64,000 nucleotides of DNA, taken from contig OZ024740.1 in assembly GCA_964016885.1 (NCBI GenBank), positions 221,960,001 to 222,024,000 on the forward strand. Direction: 5' to 3'. The position numbers were made by a program, and so were the translations under genes. The notes beneath the pieces are model-generated. The model was not told where the DNA came from. It was given only the letters and a program-made list of their open reading frames with translations, and did no database searches. Of this stretch, positions 46,557 through 59,090 are shown one piece after another. The first letter of the stretch is position 1; every line of letters starts with the position of its first letter. The stretch comes from Eledone cirrhosa. Its lineage: Eukaryota.

Positions 46557-47040
46557 AGTGTGTGTGTGTGTATGTGTGTGTTAGTGTCTTTTTGTGTGAA
46601 GGTAGGGGTGGGTGTAGAAAGTAAACAGAAATAACAAAGAAAACGACACAGTAGAATATATATTAGTTTTACGTTTGATTTAATACGAAAGATGTCTTAT
46701 CGTTTCGGGCGCTAGTCCTTCATAAAAAAATAGGAGAAATTAAAGAAGAAATAGAAGGATAGAGAAGAGTGGGCAGTAGCAGAAAAGAAAAGAAATTTCT
46801 TGGAGAAAAGGCATATCTGTTCAGTTCACCATATATAATAATATATATATATTTACACATACACACACGTATATACGTATATAGTTGTCAAGCACCTTTG
46901 ATCACACAAACTACTATGTTCTTATCGATAATTCTTTTTGCCTTTTGTGATTTCTCTCCACTTTCAGCTCAGTTTTACTCCATCACATTTCTTATCTTTG
47001 TCGGTCTTTCTGTACGGGTGCGTGTTGTTTTCATTTGTGT

Positions 47041-47883
<843 letters not shown>

Positions 47884-47888
<5 letters not shown>

Positions 47889-48437
47889 AAAAAATAGTCC
47901 TTCGTCAGTGATTTTCCAACCATCATTGGTATTTCATCACATTAAAAATCAGATACCTCAGGTTGGTGCGAGCAATAACTAAATAAAGTTATTGGGACCA
48001 GAATTCGCGTAAGGCCAGGGGGACAAGTAAACAACATAGAAGGATAAAAGCAAACCGAAGATAGGAAAATAAACAAGCAACATGGTTGTCCGCCAGCATA
48101 ATCTGGGTGGATTTCATGAGCGAGAGAGGTACAGACCGTGTTGATGTGTGTGAGATGTGAGCAAGAAAATACCCACACAAGCCAAATGTGAGGAAGTGAG
48201 AAGTGGAGAAACAGAGAGTGAGTGAGTGGAAGTGTGAGGAAGAGGTCAGTCGAGAGAAAGTGTAACTGACAGAGGAGGCGAAAGAAGGTGAGAGAAACAG
48301 AGAGAGTGGGGAAGCAGTAAGAGAGAAACAGACAAACGCAGCCGAGAAGAAACAAGTATACTGCGTGGTTTGCACATGGGTTACATATAATAAAAAATAG
48401 TCCTTCCAACCATCATTGGTATATAATCGCATTAAAA

Positions 48438-48441
<4 letters not shown>
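47884..48441 (-). mobile_element. ~505-bp non-coding unit with terminal direct repeats between (TA)n tracts
   Basis: aaaaatagtcctt..ccaaccatcattggtat..atc.cattaaaaatca at 47887-47951 and 48392-48441. Confidence 0.6.
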
Positions 48442-48515
<74 letters not shown>

Positions 48516-49925
48516 TGAGTTATAAACACAAAATAGTCTTTTACCATTAAATAGCTCAAAGAAGGGAATCTTTCCGAGCCATGTAATACAATGAGGGATG
48601 AACACCAATACAAATATATATGTGTTCGAATTGTAAATGACCAAGTTAGCTAGATTTAGATCTCTCCGGGTATCAAACGGTGATTGCCCAATATAGGTTT
48701 GTTATTTTTATTGATTTATTACTTTAAATCGAGACAGGCAAACTATATTATTTTAAATTAGTATTTTTCAACCTAGCTAACTTGGTCATTTACAATTCTA
48801 ACTCATGTGTACTTGTATTGGTGTTCCATCCCTCTCATATATTCAATTGTATAAATATATATATGAATATATATATTCTCTCAAGCATTGCCAAGCAACA
48901 TTGAGGCTACTAGGAAAAGACAGTAATCAGATTTTAGCACACTGTGTCCTTTTGTTAACCATGCACCTCAGCAGGATGTGAGCTGCTGTAACCACTCCAA
49001 TCTTTTTGGAATTATTCTATTAACTGCCATCTGAGCATTTTCCCCTTTGCTAGCGTTGAGCTTTCCCTCAAACGCCCAAACATATCTTATAAAGAATACA
49101 ACTGGTATCTAACAACATTTTTTCCCTTTTAAATATCATCCACATAGTGAAGCATTTCTATACTATATTAACAATAATATTAATCCATTTTGATCATATT
49201 TAACGGCATTATATAAATCCCGCCGAGGTCAACTTTGCCTTTCATCCTTACGGGGTCGATAAAATAAAGTACCAGTAATGTACTGGGTAATTGCTGGCCT
49301 TGTGCCAAAAGTAGAAACAATTATATAATAAAAAAGAACACTTCTTTCTTTTATTCTAAAATGTCAACAGATTGAAATTCAAAATTTCATTAATAATATC
49401 ATATTATTAAATGAACTTTTCACCCAATAAGTAATTATTTTATTTTCATATTTATGTATTCCCTTCATTTTTGTTCTGTCGCTGTATGTTATTTTATCTC
49501 GATAAATCAATATGATTAATATAAATACCAAATAATCTATTTTTGGTTATTTGGAGAACTTTACCAAACAACAATGTACCAAAGAGTATTGAAGAAAACG
49601 TTGGTGCAATGTCAATGATTATAAATGAAACTAAGTACATTGAGTGAAATAGATTCTACCTGAAATAAAATACAAATACATAGTTAGATTTATAAATATC
49701 TTATACACAAAAATTGATGCTGAAGGTGAAATTGTTTTCATGGTTTCATCAATGTTCAGGAAACCATTATGTATAAATGAATTTCTTGCGGCAAGCTTTG
49801 TTTCATTGTTTGAAATATTCTGGTGACATTACAGCTACTGGCATCAGTTTGTTATTCTCATCTTGTTATCAATAAATACAATCAGGAGATCTATTTTTTC
49901 TCTGTCACTCCTTTGCTACTTTCCT

Positions 49926-50140
<215 letters not shown>

Positions 50141-50462
50141 AAATGTATTTCCATATAAATATATATATATTTTTGTATGTGGGGTGTGTGTATATAATTA
50201 CTTCATATGTATATGAGTTTCCTTCTTGTGATTGTTTGTGGCAAAACTATATTCGTATCTTAGTATTATTGTCTTGAAAGATGTACAGTCGCAGAAATTT
50301 TGCACGGAAATGTACGACGATCAAGATGTTTTTTAATAATGTGATTGACCGTATAAACTTAATGGAATATATATATTCGGTCACCTACCTCTTCACTCTC
50401 AATCTCCAAGTCACAGTTTCTCACACATACAAACGCTTACACACACACAAACCCTCCACCCC

Positions 50463-50520
<58 letters not shown>

Positions 50521-50949
50521 TATATATATATGTGTGTGAGTGTGTGTGTAGAACAATGATACGTAGTGGATTATATATACGGTCATCAACCTCTATGCTC
50601 TCAATTCCCTATTCGCAGTGTCTCACAGATATAATCGCATATATATACATATATATATAGTTCAAAAGGGCAAACAAAAAAACGCAGGACACAAGAGTAC
50701 ATAGTTGTATTAGCTTTACGCTTGGTGAGGTTTCGGGCATAAGTCTTTCATCAGGAAAGTAGAGAGGAACTCTGAGTGTGAGTGGGGAGGGTAGTGAGGA
50801 AGGAAGTTAACTGGAAGAACACTAAAGCAAGGGAAAAATAAAAATAAAAATAAAGATAAATAAAAACAGAATAAAAAAAAGTGAAAATGAAACACATGGC
50901 ATTGTGTACCAATGCGATGTGTTACACCCTCCAGTATTCCGATGATTTG

Positions 50950-51257
50950 ATCAGAGACACACACTGTATTTAAGGTCGAATGACGCAACTTCAAGTGATT
51001 AGCGGCCTTTAGACTCACCTAATCAATGAAACAATTGTTAATTCTTGATATAAAACCCTTTTTGTACATCCGACCATGTTATTCTTCGCTCTTTCACTAC
51101 TATTAGTCCAAGAATAACCTGCATGGCATTTCTCGCAAACTCGCTACGAAACTAAGGAAACCTCTTGTTGAGTCAAACAACGCCATACGTTAAAACTATC
51201 AATAGTACAGAGTACTCACAACCTTTAACTGGATTACCTAAAACAATAACTTATATC

Positions 51258-51260
<3 letters not shown>
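50950..51260 (+). mobile_element. Solo PLE 3' tail related to 61905-62210(-)
   Basis: Shared tgacgcaacttc.ag.gattag.ggcc..tagact, ggaaacctcttgttgagtcaaacaa and gagtactcacaa..ctggattaccta; ends in (TA)n. Confidence 0.78.
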
Positions 51261-51320
<60 letters not shown>

Positions 51321-51324
51321 GTAT

Positions 51325-53116
51325 AATAAACAATACAATATAATTACCTCATTACCAGAGGTTTCCCGAATAAGACGAATACAAGAAACGTCCTCATTCG
51401 TTCGTCAGACAAGGAAATTTAAAACAGTTAAATATTTGAAAAATCTCCTCAATAAAGGCAAAAGTTTAACGGGCAAAAAAAATATATAAATAAAAGTAAT
51501 GCAAGAGATATATAAACATAAAATAAGGAAATATAAGGGTATGTGTATAAATGTGTGTATATGCACCTACAAATGTACATATGTGTGTATGTACAAATGC
51601 ATGTGTATAGTAAAAAGATGTGTGCGTAAGTACATACATGAGGGCAAGCATATCAGTGTATGTGTGACCACAAATACGTATATAATATATGTTGAAAAAA
51701 GAAATTGTAAGATAATAGAGTTAACGTACATACAGACTCAGGGACTAAGGATTGAACTATATACACATACAAGTATGAAAGCACGCGTATAAACACACAC
51801 ACACACGCAACCACATACATGCAATTGATATATACAGGGAAGGGAGTGTATCAGTCAAAGCAGTGTCAGGCTGAAGGACGATTCATATATAAAAAATATA
51901 AAATATGAAAATGGAAAAATGAAAAAATATATGAGAATAAAAAAATTAAATCAAAGAGAAAGTAAGAAGGAGGGGTTATAAATTATAAAGTAATTCACTT
52001 TTGTCTCTACAGAAGCAATTTTGATGTTCTCTAGGTATTTTCTTATTGAGGATATAAGATTTAATAGGAGTACCACAGGAGTAGCTGATATTGACACAGT
52101 TTCTATTGAAGATCTTATAGTATCTATGTGTTCTAGGGAAATGTTTATCTAAGGGCTCTAGGAATTGTTTGCCTATATTAGTTTTAACTGCTAAAGAGTA
52201 GAGTCAAAAGTGAATGCCCATTACAAGGTAAATGCAACACCAAAGTCATTGTATATGCGGCTAAAGTGACAACCACCAGCAACAACATACCAGCCACCAG
52301 CGAACGATATGTGGGTATGACACGACAAATTCAAAACGCGTTATTACTCACATGTCGCATCTTTCCGACATCCTGAAAAAAGATTTACAACAGCTCTGGC
52401 TAGCAGAATATGGGATTTGAAAGACCAAGGTATCCAAGATAAATTAGATTGGTCAATTTTGAACCAATCTAAAGAATATGCAAGAGGAACTAGAAGATGC
52501 GCACTCTGCATAAGTGAAAATTATTAGATTTTACAGAACCTTAAATCACCAAAAACCTGCCTAAATGCAATAACAGAAATGTTCACCAGTTGCCCACACA
52601 TGAAATCACACTTGCCTTCCATCTCATATAAACTTAACTCACTTTCAGATACTTATCCTCCACAAACTCTTGTTCTTAACTTTCCTTAAATTACCCTCTT
52701 TACAGACTTCTCTTTCTGATTTACTTTTATTTTTAACTTTATTTTTACTTCACATACACCAGTGACCCCTCCCCCTGCTTTTTGATTCACTTACTTTATA
52801 TCTTCACAATTTTACATATTTGACTTCCCCCTTTTCTTTCACTACCTGATATCACAGTCACTTGCGTTTTCATCTCCAGATATATTCTCAGCCGCTTTTA
52901 TGTATGTTTACTTGCGTATAATTTGTACTCATTTATTCATACGGCTCGTTTTTATATTGTATGTATGCGTGTAAGTGTGCATGTGTGTGTATACGTGTTT
53001 GTATATGTATACGAATGCATTCGTATGTGCGCGTGTATGTGCATATGTGTGTGTGTATGTTTGTTTTTATATCTATGTTTTTACATACTTATATATATGT
53101 GTGGGTGTGTATATAT

Positions 53117-53180
<64 letters not shown>

Positions 53181-54145
53181 ATATATATGTATATGTATAT
53201 ATATGGTCGCGTGTGTGCGTGTGATTAGATGTACATGTATGTATATATATGTGCTTCGTGTGTATATATGCGCGCTTTTGTATGTATGTACGAATGTATG
53301 TGCTTTTGTCTGTACGAATTTATATATATATTTATATATATATATATATATGTGTGTGTCCGAACCTATGTATGTTTTCTATTTTTTCTAGTGTTACTTT
53401 ATAATTGATAACCCCTCCCTCTTACTTTCTCTTTGATTTAATTTTTTATTCTCATATATTTTTTCATTTTTCAATTTTCATATTTAATATTTTTTATATA
53501 TGAATCGACCTTCAGCCTGACACTGCTTTGACTGATACACTCCCTTCCTTGTATATATCACTTGCATGTATGTGGTTGCGCGTATGTGTGTGTTTATACG
53601 CGTGCTTTCATACTTGTATGTGTATATATTTCAATCCTTAGTCCCTGAGTCTGTATGTACGTTAACTCTATTATCTTACAATTTCTTTTTTCAACATATA
53701 TTATATACGTATTTGTGGTCACACATACACTGATATGCTTGCCCTCATGTATGTACTTACGCACACATTTGTTCACTATACACATGCATTTCTACATACA
53801 CACATGTACATTTGTATGTGCATATACACACATTTATACACATGCCCTTATATTTCCTTATTTTATTTTTATATATCTCTTGCATTACTTTTATTTATAT
53901 ATTTTTTTTGCCCGTTAAACATTTTGCCTTTCTTGAGATTTTTCAAATATTTCACTATGTTTTAAAATTCCTTGTCTGACGAACGAATGAGGACGTTTCT
54001 TTTATTCGACTTATTCAGGAAACCTCTGGTAATGACGTAATTATATTGTATTGTTTATTATCCATTAAATTTAGTTCTGTAACTTACATAGAGCACTCTT
54101 CACACCTACGAATTTTTCAATTTTCAACGGAAAGTTCAATACTTA
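51325..54145 (+). mobile_element. Hydra-like PLE, 5'-truncated, with ~670-bp inverted pLTR and an internal inversion
   Basis: 51325-51993 is the reverse complement of 53394-54060; EN remnant 52197-52620 (SECPLQGKC, IVY..YVG, IWDLK, CALC, LN..E..SCPH); (TA)n on both sides. Confidence 0.92.
51347..51414 (-). ncRNA. Type I hammerhead ribozyme (GUA site)
   Basis: CCUUGU-CUGACGA-a-CGAAUGAGGACG..CGUCUUAUUCG-g-GAAACC-ucu-GGUA-AUGAGG; sister copy at 53970-54037(+). Confidence 0.82.
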
Positions 54146-54869
54146 TATATATATATATATATATATGAGAGTATTGAAGTTTGCTTGAAGCATTGTGGAA
54201 TAATAAGGTAAATTTCTTTAAGTCGTTTGGAAGCCTCGAGAATGCAGATGCGTAAATCTCCGGGTAACAAGATCCGGTGGTGGAGAGAGAGATGAAAGTG
54301 GGTGTATATTGAGATGCGTTGCGTGTAGAAGAATGTAGGAAAGAGCGTAAAGGATAAACATAAAAATAAAAACACGAGATAGTGTTACCTTGGAAGAGAT
54401 CTAATTGTCCCTATATATTTCGGATTCACATCCATCAACTGGGGGTGTTTTCAGGGGGGGGGGGGGGTAGGTTGTCTGTCGGAAAAGTGCGAATCGTGTC
54501 CTCCGCTGTTCGTTGTTTTGAATATCTGAGGTATTCAGCAGAGCGCGCGTGCGCGTGAAATGGGGTCGGTCAAGCAGAGGTCAGCGGCCGAAATAGTTCT
54601 TTCAATTGTGGGAGTGGAGTGGCGCGAGCTGTCAGTCCATAGTATTCTCTGCCTGTTTGGTGAATGTTAATGTGTGTGTGTGTGTGTGCGTGTGTTGTTG
54701 TCTCGCTTGAGTGTGTGTGTGTGTGCGTGTGTTGTTGCTTTGTTCCTCTGTATTGGCATTTTAGTATGTTCGTATGGTGGAATGCTACTGTGTGTGTGTG
54801 TATGTGTACGTGTGTTGCTGTCTAGCTTGTGTGTGTGTGTGCGTGTGTTGCTGCATCGTTTGTTAACTT

Positions 54870-55825
54870 AAACCAACCACCTTATTTCGTTTCTCTCGGA
54901 TCGGTTGTTTAATTGTGGACCTAGGCGTTTGATTCAAAGTGCTTCCTTGATACGTAATGTGCCGATGTTTCTTTCTGTCGCTAGAATTGTGACAATGGGC
55001 CTTCCGTCTTTGTTTCCTCATTTGGCTATGTCTTTCCGGAAAGACGAGGCCCTGGTGTTAATGTGCTCCTTGATCCGGATGTGCAGCGGTCGGATTGTGC
55101 TACCTATATAGTATTGGTTGCACTTGTTACATTCTATGTTATACACAGCGTATGTGCGTAGGCAACAGTTCGCATGGCGCATCGGGCAGTCTATGAAGGA
55201 GCACGCGTCAGTTGATTTCCCGGGTTTCCTGAAGAGGCATCTTCGCAGGGAGGGGCCCGAGTGGGCCAGGTGGATATCGAGGCCCCCCCCTCCGTATAGC
55301 CTTGCGGATAGCGTTGGTGGTATTCTCGCCCAGATGTGGTATTTTAAGGAAGCACTTGCCTTGGATGCCTCTCTGTCTCTTGTGTCTGGTGTCTCCTACT
55401 CTGTCTGTGAGCGAGGTAGGGTACCCCTTCGTCTCCAGTACCTCGAGGCATCGCTTGGTATGAGTGACACCACTCAGGGGATCGCTGCATCTGTTTTTGA
55501 TTCGCGCGATGTCTTTCGTGATGTATCCTCTTTTGGCACTTCGGTAGAAGTTGCAGTGGATCCCTCCCTGTTCCGTGATGTTGATTCGGAAGTCGAGGAG
55601 GGCAAGTGACCCGTCGTCGTTGGGATGTTCAACATTGATTCAATGTTCTCGCCCGTGTTGTTGAACGTCTGATAGATTCTTGTCGCCATGTCTTGGGAAG
55701 ATGTGAGGATGAGGATATCGTCCACGTACCTCGAGAAAAAGGCGACGGCGTTGGGGTGGCAGGTGTTGAGTGCCTTGCGCTCGAGGCTGTCCATGTAAGA
55801 GATCGCTAGCACACCCGACAGGTGT
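54870..55825 (-). mobile_element. Penelope-like element, 5'-truncated (RT C-terminal half plus GIY-YIG), non-Hydra clade
   Basis: LAISYM..LE, RYVDDILI, SLALLDF, C..CCLRTYAVYNIECNKC..YIGSTIRPLHIRIKEH; 3' UTR probably extends toward ~54170. Confidence 0.9.
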
Positions 55826-55900
55826 ATACATATATATATATATATATATATAAAAGACGTAAAATAAGAAAATTAAAGTAATTAACTTACTTAAATTTCA

Positions 55901-55979
55901 CTCCAACTAATTAGTTTCTGAAAGGGGATATACATAGTCTCAAAAGGAGACCATGGAGAATCCTTTCTTCATCAGGGAC
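55901..55979 (-). ncRNA. Hammerhead ribozyme, unit 1
   Basis: CUGAUGA-a-GAAAGG..(CAUGGUCUC/GAGACUAUG)..CCUUUC-a-GAAACUAAUUAGUU; palindromic stem III. Confidence 0.8.
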
Positions 55980-56424
55980 TCATTCTCGGTTAAGATTCCT
56001 GGCAATACGCGGACACAGGGAACTTATGCAAAAATAATTCAGTGGATGGAAAAAGCAAGCACGGACTAAATTCTAAGACATTGAAAATTTCACTGCCTTC
56101 TTGGTCAGTGGCAAATTGAAAAGAATCAATCACGTGACATCGAGGTTAATCAGTGAGGAGTGGGGTTTTAAAAAGACAGTAGCCAAACTAATACCATAGT
56201 AGTAATTTAGGCAACTTTTTGCTCAACAAAATAATTTGGAGATAATTATAAAGAATTAGTATATCTACCAACATATTTATACAGATGTATACTTACGCTA
56301 GCAAAGATATAGTCTTTATATATGTCTTAGTAACCTTGTGGTTCAATACAAAGAGATGTAGAACAATTATATAAAAGAGGTAAAATAAGAAAATTATAGT
56401 AATTAATTTACTTACTTAAATTTC

Positions 56425-56506
56425 ACTCCAACTATTTAGTTTCTGAAAGGGGATATACATAGTCTTCAAATAGAGACCATGGCGAATCCTTTCTTCATCA
56501 GGGAGT
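56425..56506 (-). ncRNA. Hammerhead ribozyme, unit 2
   Basis: Same core; perfect stem I ACUCC/GGAGU. Confidence 0.8.
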
Positions 56507-56835
56507 CATTCTCGGCTAAGATTCCTGGCAATACGCGGACACAGGGAACTTATACAAAAATAATTCAGTGGATGGAAAAAAGCAAGCGCGGACTAAATTC
56601 GAAGATATTGAAAATTTCACTGCTTTCCTGGTCAGTGGCAAATTCAAAATAATCAATCACGTGACATCGAGGTTAATCAGTGAGGAGTGGGGTGTTAAAA
56701 AAACAGTAGCCAAACTAATACTATGAATAATAGTAGTAATTTAGGCAAACTTTTGCTCAACAAAATAATTTGGAGTTAATTATAAAGAATTAGTATATCT
56801 ACCAACATATTTATACAGATGTATACTTACGCTAG

Positions 56836-57082
56836 CAAAGTGATACAGAGGAAACTGAGGTTAGCTGGACATGCTCACCGACATCCAGAGTTGACATTGC
56901 ACTCAGTGCTCCTGTGGGAGCCCTTACATGGACACACTGGAAGAAGAAGACCAAGGCTAACGTATGTTGATACCCTAAGGACAGACACTGGTCTGTTGGA
57001 GACGCAGGACATGGCAGCGATAATGAGGGACAAAGACCGCTGGAGAGAACTCGTCCATGGATCTCGGGAATTTTACCCGCCC

Positions 57083-57085
<3 letters not shown>
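56836..57085 (+). mobile_element. RTE-clade LINE 3' fragment
   Basis: RKLRLAGHAHRHPE....VLLWEP.HG...RRPRLTYVDTL..D.......M.DKDRWR, typical RTE C-terminus; ends at (TA)n. Confidence 0.85.
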
Positions 57086-57123
<38 letters not shown>

Positions 57124-57309
57124 CATATATATATATAACATTATTGTCTGCCGTTCTGTTTATATGCCAACACAAGAGCAAGAATGGGGCATCACTTTAA
57201 AGGGGCTGTTTGCATGATTGCAAACAAATCGAATATTATTATTGATATTCGAAAAACTCAGATTACATTTATGTTATTCAGGCATTTAGAGCGATAAATC
57301 TATTTGTTA

Positions 57310-59058
57310 GACGAGTGGTTACTCTGAGGAGACGGGCGTTTCGCTACTGAGATCCGACGAGCTTTTGAATTTCAGAGTCGAGCCAGATCGATACAGATCG
57401 AACCTTGAGCTGATCAGTAGCGAAATGCGCCTCAGCAACCAATAAACGTAATGAAAGAGTAACCATTCGTCCTTGTATTATTATTATTATTATTAATATT
57501 GGTCTGATCGGACTTCTTTTTGCTCGCTCTAGTAAGTCTCTCTATTTACCTGTCATAAATTGTTTATTGTTAAATTGTTGTTGTTGTGTAAGGGATATAC
57601 GCCCTTGGACTTTGCCCTGTGAAGGGGAAAGTATAATATTTGGGCCTTTTGGCCCAAATATTTGAACTTTTTACATTTTCAAAAATTATCGAAAAAAAAT
57701 AAAACATGGCTGAGCCCCCAAGTGATATGTCTGCTGTCGTGTGACAACGACGTAAAAGTTGAGAGGAGGGTTACGGCGAACCCAGAAATTTATACAACAG
57801 ACAACACCACAAACAACGTGAACACAGACAGCAATGACAACAACACTGAGAACACTAATTTTGAAAAGAAATGACCACACCAACCACAACAGTAACAGTG
57901 ACAACCAAAATACAGACAACGGAAAAAATGACAACAAACGCAACAACAATATTAACACGACTAACATGAAAACAAATAGCGACAACACCAACAGCAACAA
58001 TACAAATTGCACCGAGAACAACAACAACAACAACAACGGCAGCACCAAAGACACAACCAACTGCAACAGTGATAAGAGCAACAACAGCAACAACACCATT
58101 TGTACAGTAGCAACAGCAACAGCACCAACAACAAGACCAGTAGCAGCAGTAGTGGTGGCAACAATGATGCCACTGAAAAAGGGACCATCTCTTTTACAAA
58201 GGTGGCTCGCAACGTAGAAACAGTCATGATCACATAGGAGGAGATGGCGGTCGCACGACACATGGTAACCAGAACTGAATTTTCAGTGTCCTTGAAACCA
58301 CCAACCGACTTCCTGGAGGAACAAGAGCGACGCACAGTGTCGTACCGCACGATTGCCACGAAATCGCGTCGTGTGGAGAAAGCTTCGGAGGCACAAATCC
58401 AGAAGTCCTTGGGAACTGTGTGGGCACGGAAAACCCACATCACCCGTGGCAAGAAATATGCTACTGTGGACGTCCTTTTTGCTACCACCCAGGAAGCAAA
58501 ATCGCACTCACTGAGGACCCTAAGGAGTGATGACATAAAGTTAGTCCAGTTTTACTGCAGGAAAAAAATTGCAAAGATCAGGGTAACCCAGGTCCAACCC
58601 TATGTACCCGTGCCTTGGCTCGTCGTGTCTGTTCTTGCGGACATCGAGAATAGTACAACCATTCTGCAGGTACAGAAGTTGGGAGAGAGAACTGGTCCGG
58701 TATTGGAATCGAGATGGTAAAGCAAACTGACCAGCACTGCATCAGCGCTATTCCCGATGTAATAGACCTCTGGAATGGCTCCCAACTTCCTCTATCTGTG
58801 GAAGGAAGGCACTCAAAGTGCTTCAACTGCGGATAAAATAACAAAGGCGAAGGTCCCCCTCCTTCCAACGCCGAAACTGCTGCCATCAGAAACAGAGCAG
58901 TCAGCGAAAAAGTTGGAAAAATCTACAGAGAGTAGGAGGACAACGTCCATGGCACCCACACCAAAGCCACGGACAACAAAAACAGCGGCGGCAACTGCAG
59001 CAACAGAAAGAGTTGCACTAGCTGCACCTGTGCCAATACCGGCAGACCAGGCTCCACC

Positions 59059-59090
<32 letters not shown>

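Larger units (their letters stand above)
55851..56840 (-). mobile_element. Head-to-tail tandem of a ~521-bp non-coding HHR unit (retrozyme-like)
   Basis: Unit starts at 55851 and 56372; copies highly similar; one HHR per unit. Confidence 0.85.

Noticed and set aside
57780-58170. Asn/Thr-rich ORF and hydrophobic antisense ORFs
   Set aside because: (AAC)-rich low-complexity LINE ORF1/leader sequence; the antisense frames are artefacts.
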